Source of the DNA: an uncultured delta proteobacterium
Lineage (GTDB): Bacteria > Myxococcota_A > Polyangia > Fen-1088
Direction: 5' to 3'
Length of the DNA: 64,000 nt
NCBI GenBank assembly: GCA_963755125.1
Contig: CAVWIP010000012.1
Span: 288,001 to 352,000 of the forward strand
Shown: in pieces, positions 48,349 through 59,016 of the stretch
Layout: each line of letters starts with the position of its first letter
How positions within the stretch are numbered: position 1 is the first letter of the stretch
The notes under the pieces: generated by a model
Databases searched by the model: none
The model's input: the letters and a program-made list of their open reading frames with translations, nothing else
What the model was told of the DNA's origin: nothing
Made by a program: the position numbers and the translations under genes

Positions 48349-48699
48349 CTACCAGCCGCCGCCCCGGCGTCCGCCGCCGCCCCGGCCGTGATCGTCGCGG
48401 TCGCGCCCACGGCCGCCACCAAATCCCCCGCCACCACCGCCACGCGCCGCCCGCTCGCGGGCTTCGCTCACGTTGATGGGCCGCCCCTGGATCTCGCGCC
48501 CGTTCAGGGTTTCGATGGCCTGGGCCGCCTCCCCGTCGCTGCCCATCTCCACGAAGGCGAAGCCGCGCGGCCGCCCGGTGTCCCGGTCGAGCACGATCTT
48601 CACCTCGGCCACGTTCTTTCCCCCTTCAGCGAACACCTCTTTCAGCTCTGCCTCGGTCACGTTGTACGACAGATTTCCAACATACAGCCTGTTTCCCAT
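48349..48699 (-). CDS. RRM RNA-binding protein with Gly/Arg-rich tail
   Basis: RNP2 LYVGNL, RNP1 RGFAFVEM; RBS aggag upstream. Confidence 0.93.
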   Translation of the reverse strand: MGNRLYVGNLSYNVTEAELKEVFAEGGKNVAEVKIVLDRDTGRPRGFAFVEMGSDGEAAQAIETLNGREIQGRPINVSEARERAARGGGGGGFGGGRGRDRDDHGRGGGGRRGGGW

Positions 48700-48985
48700 T
48701 TCGTTCTCCTGTTGCTTCTCAGATTGCCGCCGCTGGCCGGCCTGCAAGCATCGGCCAGGTGGGGGATCCCGTGTCTCGCTCTGGGCTCTCGGTCGAAAGC
48801 GCGCCGCTCGAAAGAAGGGCGTCGAAAAAATGGCGGCCGGAACTCACAGAGAAACTCGCTACGAGGGAAACAGTAGCAAAACCACTGGCCTCCTGTCGAG
48901 CGTGCGGATCTGCGCGCTTCTGGCGTAACGCACAAAGCGGACTTCCCCTTGTTCGCCCCGGCTCCGCCGTGCTATCAGCGGGGAC

Positions 48986-50053
48986 ATGAAATCGTACAAC
49001 ATCGCGCTGATTCCAGGTGACGGCACCGGGCCCGAGGTACTGGCCGAGGGCGTGAAGGTGGTGAACGCGGCCTGCGCCAAGTACGGCGTCAAGCTGAACT
49101 ACCAAAGCTTCGATTTCGGTGGCGAGCGCTACAAGCGCACCGGCGAGATCCTGCCCGACAGCGCGCTGGAAGAGTTCAAGAAATTCGATTCGATTTTCCT
49201 GGGCGCCATCGGCCATCCCGACGTCAAGCCCGGCATCTTGGAAGTGGGAATCCTGCTCAAGACCCGCTTCGCACTCGATCAGTACATCAACCTGCGGCCG
49301 GTCAAGCTGTATCCCAACGTGGAAACCCCGCTCAAGGACAAGGGGCCGGAGCACGTGGATTTCGTGGTCGTGCGCGAGAACACCGGCGGCATCTACACGG
49401 GAATCGGCGGCGTCACGCAGAAGGGAACGCCGCTTGAGGTGGCGACGCAGGTGATGCAGTACTCGCGTCCGGTGGTCGAGCGTTGCGTGAAGTACGCCTA
49501 CGAGTACACCCGGCGCCGCAACAGCAAGAAGAAGATGCTCACCCTGGTGCACAAGTGCAACGTGCTCACCCACTGCGGTGATCTGTGGGTGCGCGTGCAC
49601 AAGGAGATGGGCGACGCGCACTATCCTGAAATCAAGCAGGACTACAACCACGTCGACGCCTGCACCATGTGGTTCGTCAAGCAGCCCGAGTACTACGACG
49701 TGATCGTCACCGAGAATCTGTTCGGCGACATCATCACCGACCTGGCCGCCATCATTCAGGGCGGCCTGGGCATCGCGGCCGGCGGCAACATCAATCCCGA
49801 GGGCGTGTCCATGTTCGAGCCCATGGGCGGCAGCGCGCCCAAGTACACCGGCAAGAACGTCATCAACCCGCTCGCCACCATCTGCGCCGGCGGCATGATG
49901 ATGGACACCCTGGGCGAGCCGAAGATCGCGCAGGCCATCGACAAGGCGGTGCACGACGCCCTGGCGTCCAGGCAGATCAAGAGCCTGGCCGCCGGCAAGA
50001 TGGGCATGGGCACGCGCGAGGTCGGCGATCTGATCGCCAAGATGGTCAGCTAG
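48986..50053 (+). CDS. leuB: 3-isopropylmalate dehydrogenase family enzyme, copy A
   Basis: GDGTGPEV, YINLRP, VVREN, NLFGDIITD, FEPMGGSAP. Confidence 0.82.
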   Translation: MKSYNIALIPGDGTGPEVLAEGVKVVNAACAKYGVKLNYQSFDFGGERYKRTGEILPDSALEEFKKFDSIFLGAIGHPDVKPGILEVGILLKTRFALDQYINLRPVKLYPNVETPLKDKGPEHVDFVVVRENTGGIYTGIGGVTQKGTPLEVATQVMQYSRPVVERCVKYAYEYTRRRNSKKKMLTLVHKCNVLTHCGDLWVRVHKEMGDAHYPEIKQDYNHVDACTMWFVKQPEYYDVIVTENLFGDIITDLAAIIQGGLGIAAGGNINPEGVSMFEPMGGSAPKYTGKNVINPLATICAGGMMMDTLGEPKIAQAIDKAVHDALASRQIKSLAAGKMGMGTREVGDLIAKMVS

Positions 50054-50159
50054 CGATCGGGCTGCGGGTCACGCGCGACACGCACCTGCTGTGACCGGCT
50101 TGCCGATAAGCCTCCTCGGTGGAGGCAACGGCGCGCGCACAGCCTGCGTCTGCGGGTCC

Positions 50160-50282
50160 TTGTGCACGAAGTGCCAGTCCCAACTCCACCTCATCGCCCT
50201 CATCCAGACCGAGGACATCGCCAAAGAGATCCTGACCGCGATGCACCTGCCGGCGGAAATTTCCGCGCTTCACCCTCCCAGG
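50160..50282 (+). pseudogene. IS91-like transposase C-terminal fragment
   Basis: LCTKCQSQLHLIALIQTEDIAKEILTAMHLPAEISALHPPR resembles the C-terminal CxxC...LIALI...IL..L tail of these transposases. Confidence 0.6.
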
Positions 50283-50299
50283 GTTTCCATCCTGACATC

Positions 50300-50422
50300 G
50301 CGTGAAGTACGCCTATGAAAACACCCGGCGCCGCAGCAGCAAGAAGAAGATGCTCACCCTGGTGCACAAGTGCAACGTGCTCACCCACTGCGGTGATCTG
50401 TGGGTGCGCGTGCACAAGGAGA
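50300..50422 (+). repeat. 123-bp direct copy of internal leuB segment 49485-49607
   Basis: Hand alignment: 119/123 identical, no gaps. Confidence 0.95.
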
Positions 50423-50427
50423 GCTGG

Positions 50428-52221
50428 CTAGAAAACCTGACGAAAGCCGAATGACATGCGGCCGGGCCAGCCGGCGGGCATGCCGGGCGCCGGCCGCAAC
50501 GGGAAAGCCCAATCAGCGCGCAGGGCGTAGGTATTGAGCTGGGGAATGAGCAGGCGCAGGCCGAAGCCCGCGTCGCTATAGAAGGTCAGGTTGCCGGCGT
50601 CGACGGACGCGTCGCCGGCGTCGAAGAAGAGCAGGCCGCCCAGACGCAGGAACGCCAGCTTGAGCGCCATGGTGCGCGCCTCGATGTGGCCGATGAACTG
50701 GGCGCCGCAGCCCACGAACTCGCCCACCGGGTAACCACGCAGGCCGGTGTCGCCGCCCTCGACGAAGTAGCGCTTGCGCGTGTTCTCGTAGAGAAAACCC
50801 ACGTTGCCCGCGGCCACCACGCGCAAGAGGTGCGCCAGCACCGGCGTGGCCAGGGACGCGTGGCCTTGCACGAGCTGGTTGTTCACCTGACCGTCCTCCA
50901 GCCTGCCTTCCCACGATCCACCCACGCTTTCCAGTCCGCCCCACCAGTCTGCCGCAAGGTCGAGTGAGGTCTGAAACAAGCTGAAGTCCTTGTCAGAGCC
51001 GACCAGCGTGCTGGCCCGGCCTGCCTTGAGCGACAGCGTGGGCCCCAGCCGCACGTCCTCGCGAAAATCGAAAGTGTTGAGATCGCGGTAGGTCCGGTAG
51101 CGGGGCGTGAATAGATCGTAGCGGAGAAACAGGTCCGACGTGCGCTCGGACAGGGGGAAGACCTCCTGGGCGAACTGTGTCCGCTCGGGCGAGCCGTCAG
51201 GATAGGGAAAGTCGGAGGTGAACGACGGCCGCGTGAGCGCCAGCTCGTAGCCGAGGCTCACGCGCTGGATGACCCAAGGTCTGGGAAACGAGCGGGTGAC
51301 CACCTCGCTGGTATTGATGGTCTTCAGCCGATACACCCAGGGAGCGGTTTCCACCCCGGGGGGCTCGGCGGCCGGACCCAGATCGCAGGCACTGCGGACC
51401 GCACCGTCGAGCGGAACCGCGTAGAGCTGGGTGCCGAGAAATTGCCGGTACACGCCGTCGTAGTGGCTGAAGTCCGCGGTTGCGCCCCACCGGCTGGCCA
51501 GCGAGTAGAGCGGATACTCCAGGTGAAAGAGCGACGAAGTGCCTTCCTGCGGCCCCGCCGCGATCTCGCCGATCTGGCGCGCCCAGATTACGTAGAAGGC
51601 CGCTTGCAGCTTGAGCCGCGTGCCCAGGATGTTGGGATCGATGTAGTTGGGCCCCACGGACATCTCGCCTTGGTTCATGGCGAACACGGCGGCCACGTTC
51701 TTGCGCCAGCCGAACAGGTTGTTCTCCGAGAGCGAGGCCGTGAACGAGAGGAGCTGGCCCGCCTGCGCTTCGAAATCTTCATTGAATCGCAGACTCCAGA
51801 CGTCGCGGGTCACGATGAGCACATCGACCATCCCCGGCGTCGCGGACTTCACCGGCAAGACGGCCACGACGTTGGAGAGTGTGGGATCCTGCAAGTTGCG
51901 CGTGGTCTCCTCAGCCAGATCCTGGTCGTAGCGATCGCCGGCCTGCAGCAGCGACTCGCGCCGGACGTGGTGCTCGCGCGTGGTGCGGTGAAAGATGTTG
52001 GCCCAGACCAGCGGGACTCGTTCGCGCGCCAGAAACACGTCCAGGTTCACCACCTGGACCGCGCCGATGATTTTGCCCTGCGGCTCGGGTTCGATGGTCA
52101 GGCCACGCATGGCGAGCGCATCGTCCACCGCTTCTCGTTCCAGCATTCCCAGATCGGCATAGCCCGAGGCCGCGGCCGAAGCCGGCAGGAGCAGCAGCAG
52201 ACACAGGCAGGCGCCGCGCAT
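50428..52221 (-). CDS. Omp85 (BamA/TamA-like) outer-membrane protein
   Basis: Signal peptide, POTRA-like TREHHVRRESLLQAGD, ENNLFG, GGDTGLRGY, FFDAG, GFGLR, C-terminal F. Confidence 0.82.
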   Translation of the reverse strand: MRGACLCLLLLLPASAAASGYADLGMLEREAVDDALAMRGLTIEPEPQGKIIGAVQVVNLDVFLARERVPLVWANIFHRTTREHHVRRESLLQAGDRYDQDLAEETTRNLQDPTLSNVVAVLPVKSATPGMVDVLIVTRDVWSLRFNEDFEAQAGQLLSFTASLSENNLFGWRKNVAAVFAMNQGEMSVGPNYIDPNILGTRLKLQAAFYVIWARQIGEIAAGPQEGTSSLFHLEYPLYSLASRWGATADFSHYDGVYRQFLGTQLYAVPLDGAVRSACDLGPAAEPPGVETAPWVYRLKTINTSEVVTRSFPRPWVIQRVSLGYELALTRPSFTSDFPYPDGSPERTQFAQEVFPLSERTSDLFLRYDLFTPRYRTYRDLNTFDFREDVRLGPTLSLKAGRASTLVGSDKDFSLFQTSLDLAADWWGGLESVGGSWEGRLEDGQVNNQLVQGHASLATPVLAHLLRVVAAGNVGFLYENTRKRYFVEGGDTGLRGYPVGEFVGCGAQFIGHIEARTMALKLAFLRLGGLLFFDAGDASVDAGNLTFYSDAGFGLRLLIPQLNTYALRADWAFPLRPAPGMPAGWPGRMSFGFRQVF

Positions 52222-52447
52222 TTGCGGCGCATTCTACGCGCGAAACCCTCGCTGCCGCTTGCTCCTCATCTTGGACGAGGCCAGCTACCCGTCCCGCATT
52301 GGCTGTGCGCGGCGTGTTTGCGGAGAGTTTGCAGAGAAAAAGTGACAAGCCGGCCACTTCAGGCCAACATTCCGCCCGACGCCGGAAGAAAAGCCGGTGC
52401 ATCCAAGAAACAGCCAGATGTTGGCTACAATCGGGAGGGATTACTCG

Positions 52448-53095
52448 ATGAAAAAGCTCCGAGGGAAACTAGTCGCAAGTTTGGCCGCGATCGCGTTTTT
52501 GGGCTTGCTGGGCTCGGCCCAGGCTCAGGCCCCGGCCCCAGCCATGGACACGGCCGCACAGCCCATGATGCCGGCCCCAGCCGCAGCACCGATGGGCTCT
52601 GACAACATGTCGGGACAGTTGGGTATCGGCGTGGGTGTCGGCGCCGGGACCGATCTCGTCACAACGAAAGATACCGAGATCAATATGAAGTACTGGCTCA
52701 GCGATATGCTGTCTGTCATGCCGCAACTGGCACTCACTCTTGCCAGTGCGAGTGGCTCCAGCACAGCATGGAAGATCGCTCCTGCTGCACTCGCGCTGTA
52801 CTGCCCGTGGAAGACCACCTCAACCCGACTCGGTGTCGGCGGAGGTCTTGGGCTGAGTTTCGGCAAGGCCGCTGTGGCTACCGGCACCCCTGCTCCCGAC
52901 ACGGCCATCACTATCAGGCTGCCCATCTATGCGGGGGTGGAGCACTTCTTCACCAGGTGGTTCTCCATGGGAGTCGCCGTGCAAGAAGATTTCTTGAACT
53001 ACACGAAAACGGGACCCACCCACAGTTTCAATCTGGCCATCGACAACACGGCCACCACTCAAGCGGTCGGATTCCTCTTCTTTTACACCGACTAG
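52448..53095 (+). CDS. Small outer-membrane beta-barrel protein
   Basis: GGAGG RBS, signal peptide ending AQA, amphipathic strands, AGVEHFF, aromatic C-terminus. Confidence 0.7.
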   Translation: MKKLRGKLVASLAAIAFLGLLGSAQAQAPAPAMDTAAQPMMPAPAAAPMGSDNMSGQLGIGVGVGAGTDLVTTKDTEINMKYWLSDMLSVMPQLALTLASASGSSTAWKIAPAALALYCPWKTTSTRLGVGGGLGLSFGKAAVATGTPAPDTAITIRLPIYAGVEHFFTRWFSMGVAVQEDFLNYTKTGPTHSFNLAIDNTATTQAVGFLFFYTD

Positions 53096-53138
53096 GAACG
53101 CACCGGTCGGGCAATGCCTGACCAAACTGTCTTGCAAG

Positions 53139-53167
53139 GCGGGATCCTTCGGGGTCCCGCTTTTTTT
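53139..53167 (+). terminator. Rho-independent terminator
   Basis: GCGGGATCC-TTCG-GGGTCCCGC followed by T7. Confidence 0.9.
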
Positions 53168-53184
53168 GCCGTTCGTCGATCGGA

Positions 53185-54243
<1,059 letters not shown>

Positions 54244-54492
54244 GGGCGGCACATTTACCACGCGCGATCCGGAGTTTCACCACAGAGCGCACAGAGGCCA
54301 CAGAGGCCGGAAGGAAAGGGTTCCTTCGGCTTCTGGCGCGCGGCAAGCTCATCCCGCCACTGGTGCTCCGAAGCAACCCTTTTCTTCTCTAGGGCGCGCT
54401 GGAGTACACTACGTATTGTGGTCTGGGCGAGCGCATGATCGGGTTCTTCGCCCAAAGATTCACCTGCTGACTATCACTCGGGAAAACGTAGC

Positions 54493-55431
54493 ATGAAGAT
54501 CTGGATCGGCGTCACCGACCGCAGCTGGTTTGAACAGCAGAAGGCCCAGGCCCCCGAGGAAGTCAACTTCTGGCAACCCGGCGGTACCAGCACTTTCAAG
54601 GTTCTACCTGAAGAGGGCTTGTTTCTTTTCAAGCTCCATCACCCCGATAACTTCATCGCCGGGGGAGGCTATTTCGTTCGCCACTCGTTTCTGCCGGTTT
54701 CGCTGGCCTGGAAAGCCTTCGGGCTGAACAACGGTGTCAGGGATCTGGCCGAGTTCCAGGCGCGTATCCGAAAGTATCGCCGGGACGACGCCGGCCACGA
54801 TCCAGTCATTGGCTGCATAGTCCTCGCGCAGCCATTCTTCTTGGAGCAACACGATTGGATACCCGTGCCGGAAAGCTTCAAGAAGAACATCGTGACCGGC
54901 AAATCCTACGAATCCGAGACCGACGAGTGTAGGCAGCTCATTGAGATGCTGCGCCTCCGCCTGGCAGGGCCGAGCGTGTTGGCACGGGATTCTGCCTTGG
55001 ACGATCAGAGTGGGTACGGCGACCAGAATCGATACGGTAATCCATTGATGGTTCGCCCTCGGCTTGGCCAGGGTTCTTTCCGTGTTCTTGTGACTGAAAC
55101 CTACCAGCGTCGATGCGCCCTCACCGGTGAGAGGACTCTCCCCGTGCTCGAGGCCGCACACATCAAGCCCTATGCGGAGCAAGGTCCTCACCGTATTCAG
55201 AACGGGCTGCTTCTGCGATCCGACCTACACATCCTCTTCGACCAGGGCTATTTCACGATCACGCCGGACCATCACGTGCTCGTCAGCAAGCGCATCCGCC
55301 AGGAGTTCGAGAACGGCAGGGATTACTACGCGCTGGGTGGCAAACCGGTCAAGGTGCTGCCTGATCTTGAAAACAACCGGCCCGCGCCTGAGTTCCTACA
55401 GTGGCACAACGAACAGATCTACCTCGGATAG
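54493..55431 (+). CDS. HNH endonuclease (putative restriction endonuclease) with an N-terminal domain of unassigned family
   Basis: RLGQGSFR, CALTG, LEAAHIKPY, NGLLLRSDLHILFD, FLQWH; lower GC. Confidence 0.88.
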   Translation: MKIWIGVTDRSWFEQQKAQAPEEVNFWQPGGTSTFKVLPEEGLFLFKLHHPDNFIAGGGYFVRHSFLPVSLAWKAFGLNNGVRDLAEFQARIRKYRRDDAGHDPVIGCIVLAQPFFLEQHDWIPVPESFKKNIVTGKSYESETDECRQLIEMLRLRLAGPSVLARDSALDDQSGYGDQNRYGNPLMVRPRLGQGSFRVLVTETYQRRCALTGERTLPVLEAAHIKPYAEQGPHRIQNGLLLRSDLHILFDQGYFTITPDHHVLVSKRIRQEFENGRDYYALGGKPVKVLPDLENNRPAPEFLQWHNEQIYLG

Positions 55432-55538
55432 AAGTCATCGAGCCGCATGTTGGTCGTCACATCCAACTCCAACGCCCGCCCCACCTCCAAGAGCTCGGTC
55501 CTACTCAATACCGAAAGCGCCTTGCGTTTGAACGTCAT
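55419..55538 (-). pseudogene. Short 5' gene remnant, possibly from a restriction-modification gene
   Basis: MTFKRKALSVLSRTELLEVGRALELDVTTNMRLDD runs into the HNH 3' end; resemblance to helical N-terminal extensions of DNA methyltransferases is from memory only. Confidence 0.25.
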
Positions 55539-55690
55539 GAACGTCTCCGAGTACCAGCCGAGGTTTAGCTTCCGCGGCATGATACGCGGCGACGGCGGCC
55601 ATGGGAAGCAAAGGGCACCGTCGGCGCGACGAGGTGAATCGATGAGGGAAACGTCGTTGCTGGTGCGGTTGCGTGGTACGCTTCTTCACC

Positions 55691-55915
55691 ATGCAAACCA
55701 GGCAGTTGACGGCGATCATCGAACGGGAGGGCGACGGCTATGTATCCCTGTGCCCGGAAGTGGACGTTGCCAGCCAAGGCACGACGATCGATGAAGCACG
55801 CGTGAACTTGATCGAAGCCCTGGAGCTGTTCTTTGAAACGGCCGACGCTTCGGAGATCCAGAGCCGCATGCACAGCGAGGTATTCGTGACCCGGCTTGAG
55901 GTGGCTGTTGGGTAG
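55691..55915 (+). CDS. hicB: HicB-family antitoxin (short form, no DNA-binding domain)
   Basis: AIIEREGDGYVSLCPEVDVASQGTTIDEARVNLIEALELF. Confidence 0.9.
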   Translation: MQTRQLTAIIEREGDGYVSLCPEVDVASQGTTIDEARVNLIEALELFFETADASEIQSRMHSEVFVTRLEVAVG

Positions 55916-56129
55916 ACTGAAGATCTTCTCGGGACGACAGCTCTGCGCCGTTTTGGAGCAGCATGGATTCGTCAATGTCCGCCAGCGCGGCAGCCACATC
56001 GTCATGCAGAAGCGCGAGGGCGAAACAACAGTGACGATACCGGTGCCCGATCACGCCGAAATCAAGATCGGCACGCTCTTGTCCATCGTAAGGCAATCGG
56101 GCCTGCCAAGGGCTGTCTTCGAGCCCTGA
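55908..56129 (+). CDS. hicA: HicA-family mRNA interferase toxin
   Basis: TTG start after GAGG; LEQHGF, RQRGSH, VPDH, IGTLLSIVRQSG. Confidence 0.9.
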   Translation: MGRLKIFSGRQLCAVLEQHGFVNVRQRGSHIVMQKREGETTVTIPVPDHAEIKIGTLLSIVRQSGLPRAVFEP

Positions 56130-56166
56130 CGTCGAAGAAGTCCTCGACAGCCCTCTCTGGCTGAAG

Positions 56167-58290
56167 TCAGTCGTTGATGCCGTCTTTTGAGTAGTGCGGA
56201 TTCACCGCCAGCGACAGCTCGAAGGGCTCGCCGTAGAGCAACCGATAGTGCGCGTACACGGCCAGCACGCGCTTGATGTACTCGCGCGCCTGATCGTAGG
56301 TGACCAGTTCCACAAATTCGTCGAGCGGCCGGCTGCCCCATTGGTCACACCAGCGCATCATGGCGTGTGAGCCGGCGTTGTACGCGCCCGCAGCCAGCGC
56401 GATCTGCCCGCCGAACCTCTTGAGCAGCGCGCCCAGGTAGGTGGCGCCGAAGCGAACATTGACCTCGGGATCAAACAGCTCTTCGGTAAACAAGGGCACG
56501 CCCAGGTGCTTGGCGATCTCCTGGCCGGTGGCTGGGATGAGCTGGAGCAATCCGCGCGCATCCGAGGGCGAGAGCGCGTGGGGCAGAAACGACGATTCCT
56601 TGCGCATGATCGCGTAGACGAACAGGTCGGGCGCGCTGGCGGCTGCCGCCAGCGGTTCCACCATGTCGCGGAAGCCACGCGGATAGGCGGCTTGCCAGAA
56701 GATGCGCGCAGGCCCGGTCGGTGCCGAGGCCAGGGCCGAGGCGCCGTGGGTCTCGGCCAGCCGGAGCGCCCGGTGAAAGGCGCGCATGCGTGGGTATTCT
56801 TCCAGCAGCAAGGTCGTCCCATTCGCCTTGCCCATGTGTTGCAGCACGCTCGCCTCGGCCCGTCCCAGCTCCTCGCCTGCCTCCACGTCCAGCCCGGCGG
56901 CGAGCAACTCGCGCGCGCGCTCCAGCGCCGGATCGCGAGCGGGCTTGCCGTGGGCCTCCGGCGCCGGAGACGACGAAGGTGGCCATTCGATCGTGACTTT
57001 CTCGCCCGCTTCGCGCAGCCGCGCCGCTGCCAGCAGGCCGTAGTAGCCGAACCGCGAGCGCTGCACGCACTCACGCAGTTGGCGGCGCGATTCGTCGACA
57101 AGCCCGGCCTGCGCCAAAAATCGCGCCCTCCAGTAGCGCACGCGCAAGACCGCATCACTGTCTTTGCGGGAAAGGCGCTCATACTGGTCGAGGGCGCGCA
57201 AGGCTTCGGTGGACTCGCCCAGCAGATGGTGTGCCAGCGCGACATACCATGCGGCGTCGTCGGCAAACGAGCTGTGCGGATAGCGCACCAGGGTGGCCTG
57301 CAAACCGGGCAGGGCCTCGCGGAAACGACCGCGATTGACCTCCAGCCACCCGGAACGGAACTGGGCCTCGGCTGCCCATTTCGAGCCGGGGTAGCGCTCG
57401 ACCACCTGGCGGTAGCCGGCGATGGCCTCGTCGTTGCGTTCGATGCGGGAAAGCGCGCGCGCACCATGAAACGCCGCGAAGGCCGCTTTGTCCCCGGCTA
57501 GCTGGGGAGCCACCTTCTGCAGCAAAGCCGCTGCCCCGGCATAGTCGCGCCTCATCTTGTACTTGCTCATGCCGATGGCGAAGTCGCGCTCGGCCGCCAG
57601 ATCCACAGGCAAGGCCGCAGGCAACAACGCGAGCTCGTCGAGCGCCGCCTGGTACTCGCGGCCATCGGCCAGCTTTTCCGCACGTCGCAGCCGCTCTTGC
57701 GGCGAAAGATCCGTCACCGTGGCCACGGCCGGCGTGCCGAGAGCCACGGCTCGCTTGGCCGACTCGGCGGCCAACGGGTGCGACGGAAAGTCCAGGTGTA
57801 CCTGCAGGTAGAGGCGGCGCGCGTCCTGCGCAGCGGTCCCTGTCTTCGAGGCCGCTGCCTCGGCAGAGAATTCCGCCAGACGAAAACGCGCCACTGCCGG
57901 ATCGGTTCCCGCCACTCTTGTTGACAGCAGGCTCCGGTACGCCGCTGCGGCTTCGCTGCGCTGGCCCTGCATCCACTGGCAGTCCGCCGCGCGCCAGGGC
58001 GCGATGCCGGCGAAACGCGAAGACCTCAATTTGGCCAGCTCGGAAAATGCGGCACGCGCCTTGGCGTAGGAACCGTCGTAGAAAAGGCTTTCGCCGAGTA
58101 GATAGAGGGCATAGTCCCGGTTGCGCGACAGCCTGTGCGGCAGACCGTCAAGCGCGCGCGCTGATTCGTGGTAGTCGCCTGCGCGCAGGGCCAGAAAACC
58201 GCGCGCCAGGGCGGCCACCGGACCACGCGCGGGCGGCCCTGGCGCGGCAGCGGCCAGGAAAACAAGAACGCCCAGCGTCGAGATCGCCAT
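56167..58290 (-). CDS. slt: Soluble lytic murein transglycosylase (Slt70-like, TPR + SLT)
   Basis: AIMRKESSF, ARGLLQLIP, AYNAG, REYIKRV; signal peptide and TPR region. Confidence 0.88.
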   Translation of the reverse strand: MAISTLGVLVFLAAAAPGPPARGPVAALARGFLALRAGDYHESARALDGLPHRLSRNRDYALYLLGESLFYDGSYAKARAAFSELAKLRSSRFAGIAPWRAADCQWMQGQRSEAAAAYRSLLSTRVAGTDPAVARFRLAEFSAEAAASKTGTAAQDARRLYLQVHLDFPSHPLAAESAKRAVALGTPAVATVTDLSPQERLRRAEKLADGREYQAALDELALLPAALPVDLAAERDFAIGMSKYKMRRDYAGAAALLQKVAPQLAGDKAAFAAFHGARALSRIERNDEAIAGYRQVVERYPGSKWAAEAQFRSGWLEVNRGRFREALPGLQATLVRYPHSSFADDAAWYVALAHHLLGESTEALRALDQYERLSRKDSDAVLRVRYWRARFLAQAGLVDESRRQLRECVQRSRFGYYGLLAAARLREAGEKVTIEWPPSSSPAPEAHGKPARDPALERARELLAAGLDVEAGEELGRAEASVLQHMGKANGTTLLLEEYPRMRAFHRALRLAETHGASALASAPTGPARIFWQAAYPRGFRDMVEPLAAAASAPDLFVYAIMRKESSFLPHALSPSDARGLLQLIPATGQEIAKHLGVPLFTEELFDPEVNVRFGATYLGALLKRFGGQIALAAGAYNAGSHAMMRWCDQWGSRPLDEFVELVTYDQAREYIKRVLAVYAHYRLLYGEPFELSLAVNPHYSKDGIND

Positions 58291-58429
58291 GAAGGAAACC
58301 ACTATATCGTGGCCGAGACACGAAACTGGAAGACCTCTTTGCCGATACCCTGCTAGCGGTGATTGACCCCCCGCTTGGAAAGTGAAAGAAGGAACTCAGG
58401 GCTGCCAAAGGCAAGGAGGCAAGAACCCC

Positions 58430-58909
58430 ATGGGTAGCGTCAACAAAGTCATACTGGTTGGAAATCTCGGGGCCGATCCCGAGCTCAAGTACACGCCGAG
58501 CAACCGGGCGGTGTGCAATCTGAGCGTCGCGACCAACGAGGTGTGGAAGGACAAGAGCGGCCAGAAACAGGAAAAGACCGAGTGGCACCGGGTCAACGTG
58601 TGGGGCGAGCAAGCCGAGAACTGCTCGAAATTCCTGTCCAAGGGCCGCATGGTCTACGTCGAGGGCCGGCTGCAAACTCGTTCCTGGGACGACAAGGACG
58701 GCAAAAAGCGTTACAGCACCGAGGTGGTAGCCGACCGCGTGGTCTTCCTGGGCGGTGGCGCGGGTGCCGAGAATGGCGGTGGCGGCGGTGGCGGACGACG
58801 CGCCGGCGGCGGCCGTCCGGGCTGGGGTGAAGAGACGCAGCAGCCGCCCAGCGAGCCCAACGACGGGGGCGGACCTCCGCCCGCGGGGGACGACGAAATT
58901 CCATTCTAG
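58430..58909 (+). CDS. ssb: Single-stranded DNA-binding protein
   Basis: [42 protein letters not shown], acidic tail DDEIPF. Confidence 0.97.
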   Translation: MGSVNKVILVGNLGADPELKYTPSNRAVCNLSVATNEVWKDKSGQKQEKTEWHRVNVWGEQAENCSKFLSKGRMVYVEGRLQTRSWDDKDGKKRYSTEVVADRVVFLGGGAGAENGGGGGGGRRAGGGRPGWGEETQQPPSEPNDGGGPPPAGDDEIPF

Positions 58910-59016
58910 AATCGGCTCTACGAGGCGTCAGCAAAATCGACGTGCAGCCTCGCTGACGCATCCGTATACGCTAAAGGAGCGGGGCGATCCGCCGTTTGAT
59001 ATGATCGTTAGGGATC

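Noticed and set aside
48700..48985. Riboswitch or leucine attenuator upstream of the RRM gene or leuB
   Set aside because: No recognisable aptamer or Leu-rich leader peptide; an Rfam search would be needed to exclude a structured UTR.
49485..50422. Diversity-generating retroelement TR/VR pair
   Set aside because: The length fits, but only two of four mismatches are at adenines of the putative template, the target is mid-gene in a metabolic enzyme, and no reverse transcriptase is in the window.
54278..54306. CACAGAG 9-bp periodic repeat (three units)
   Set aside because: Short and lacking an inverted partner here; too little to call an element.
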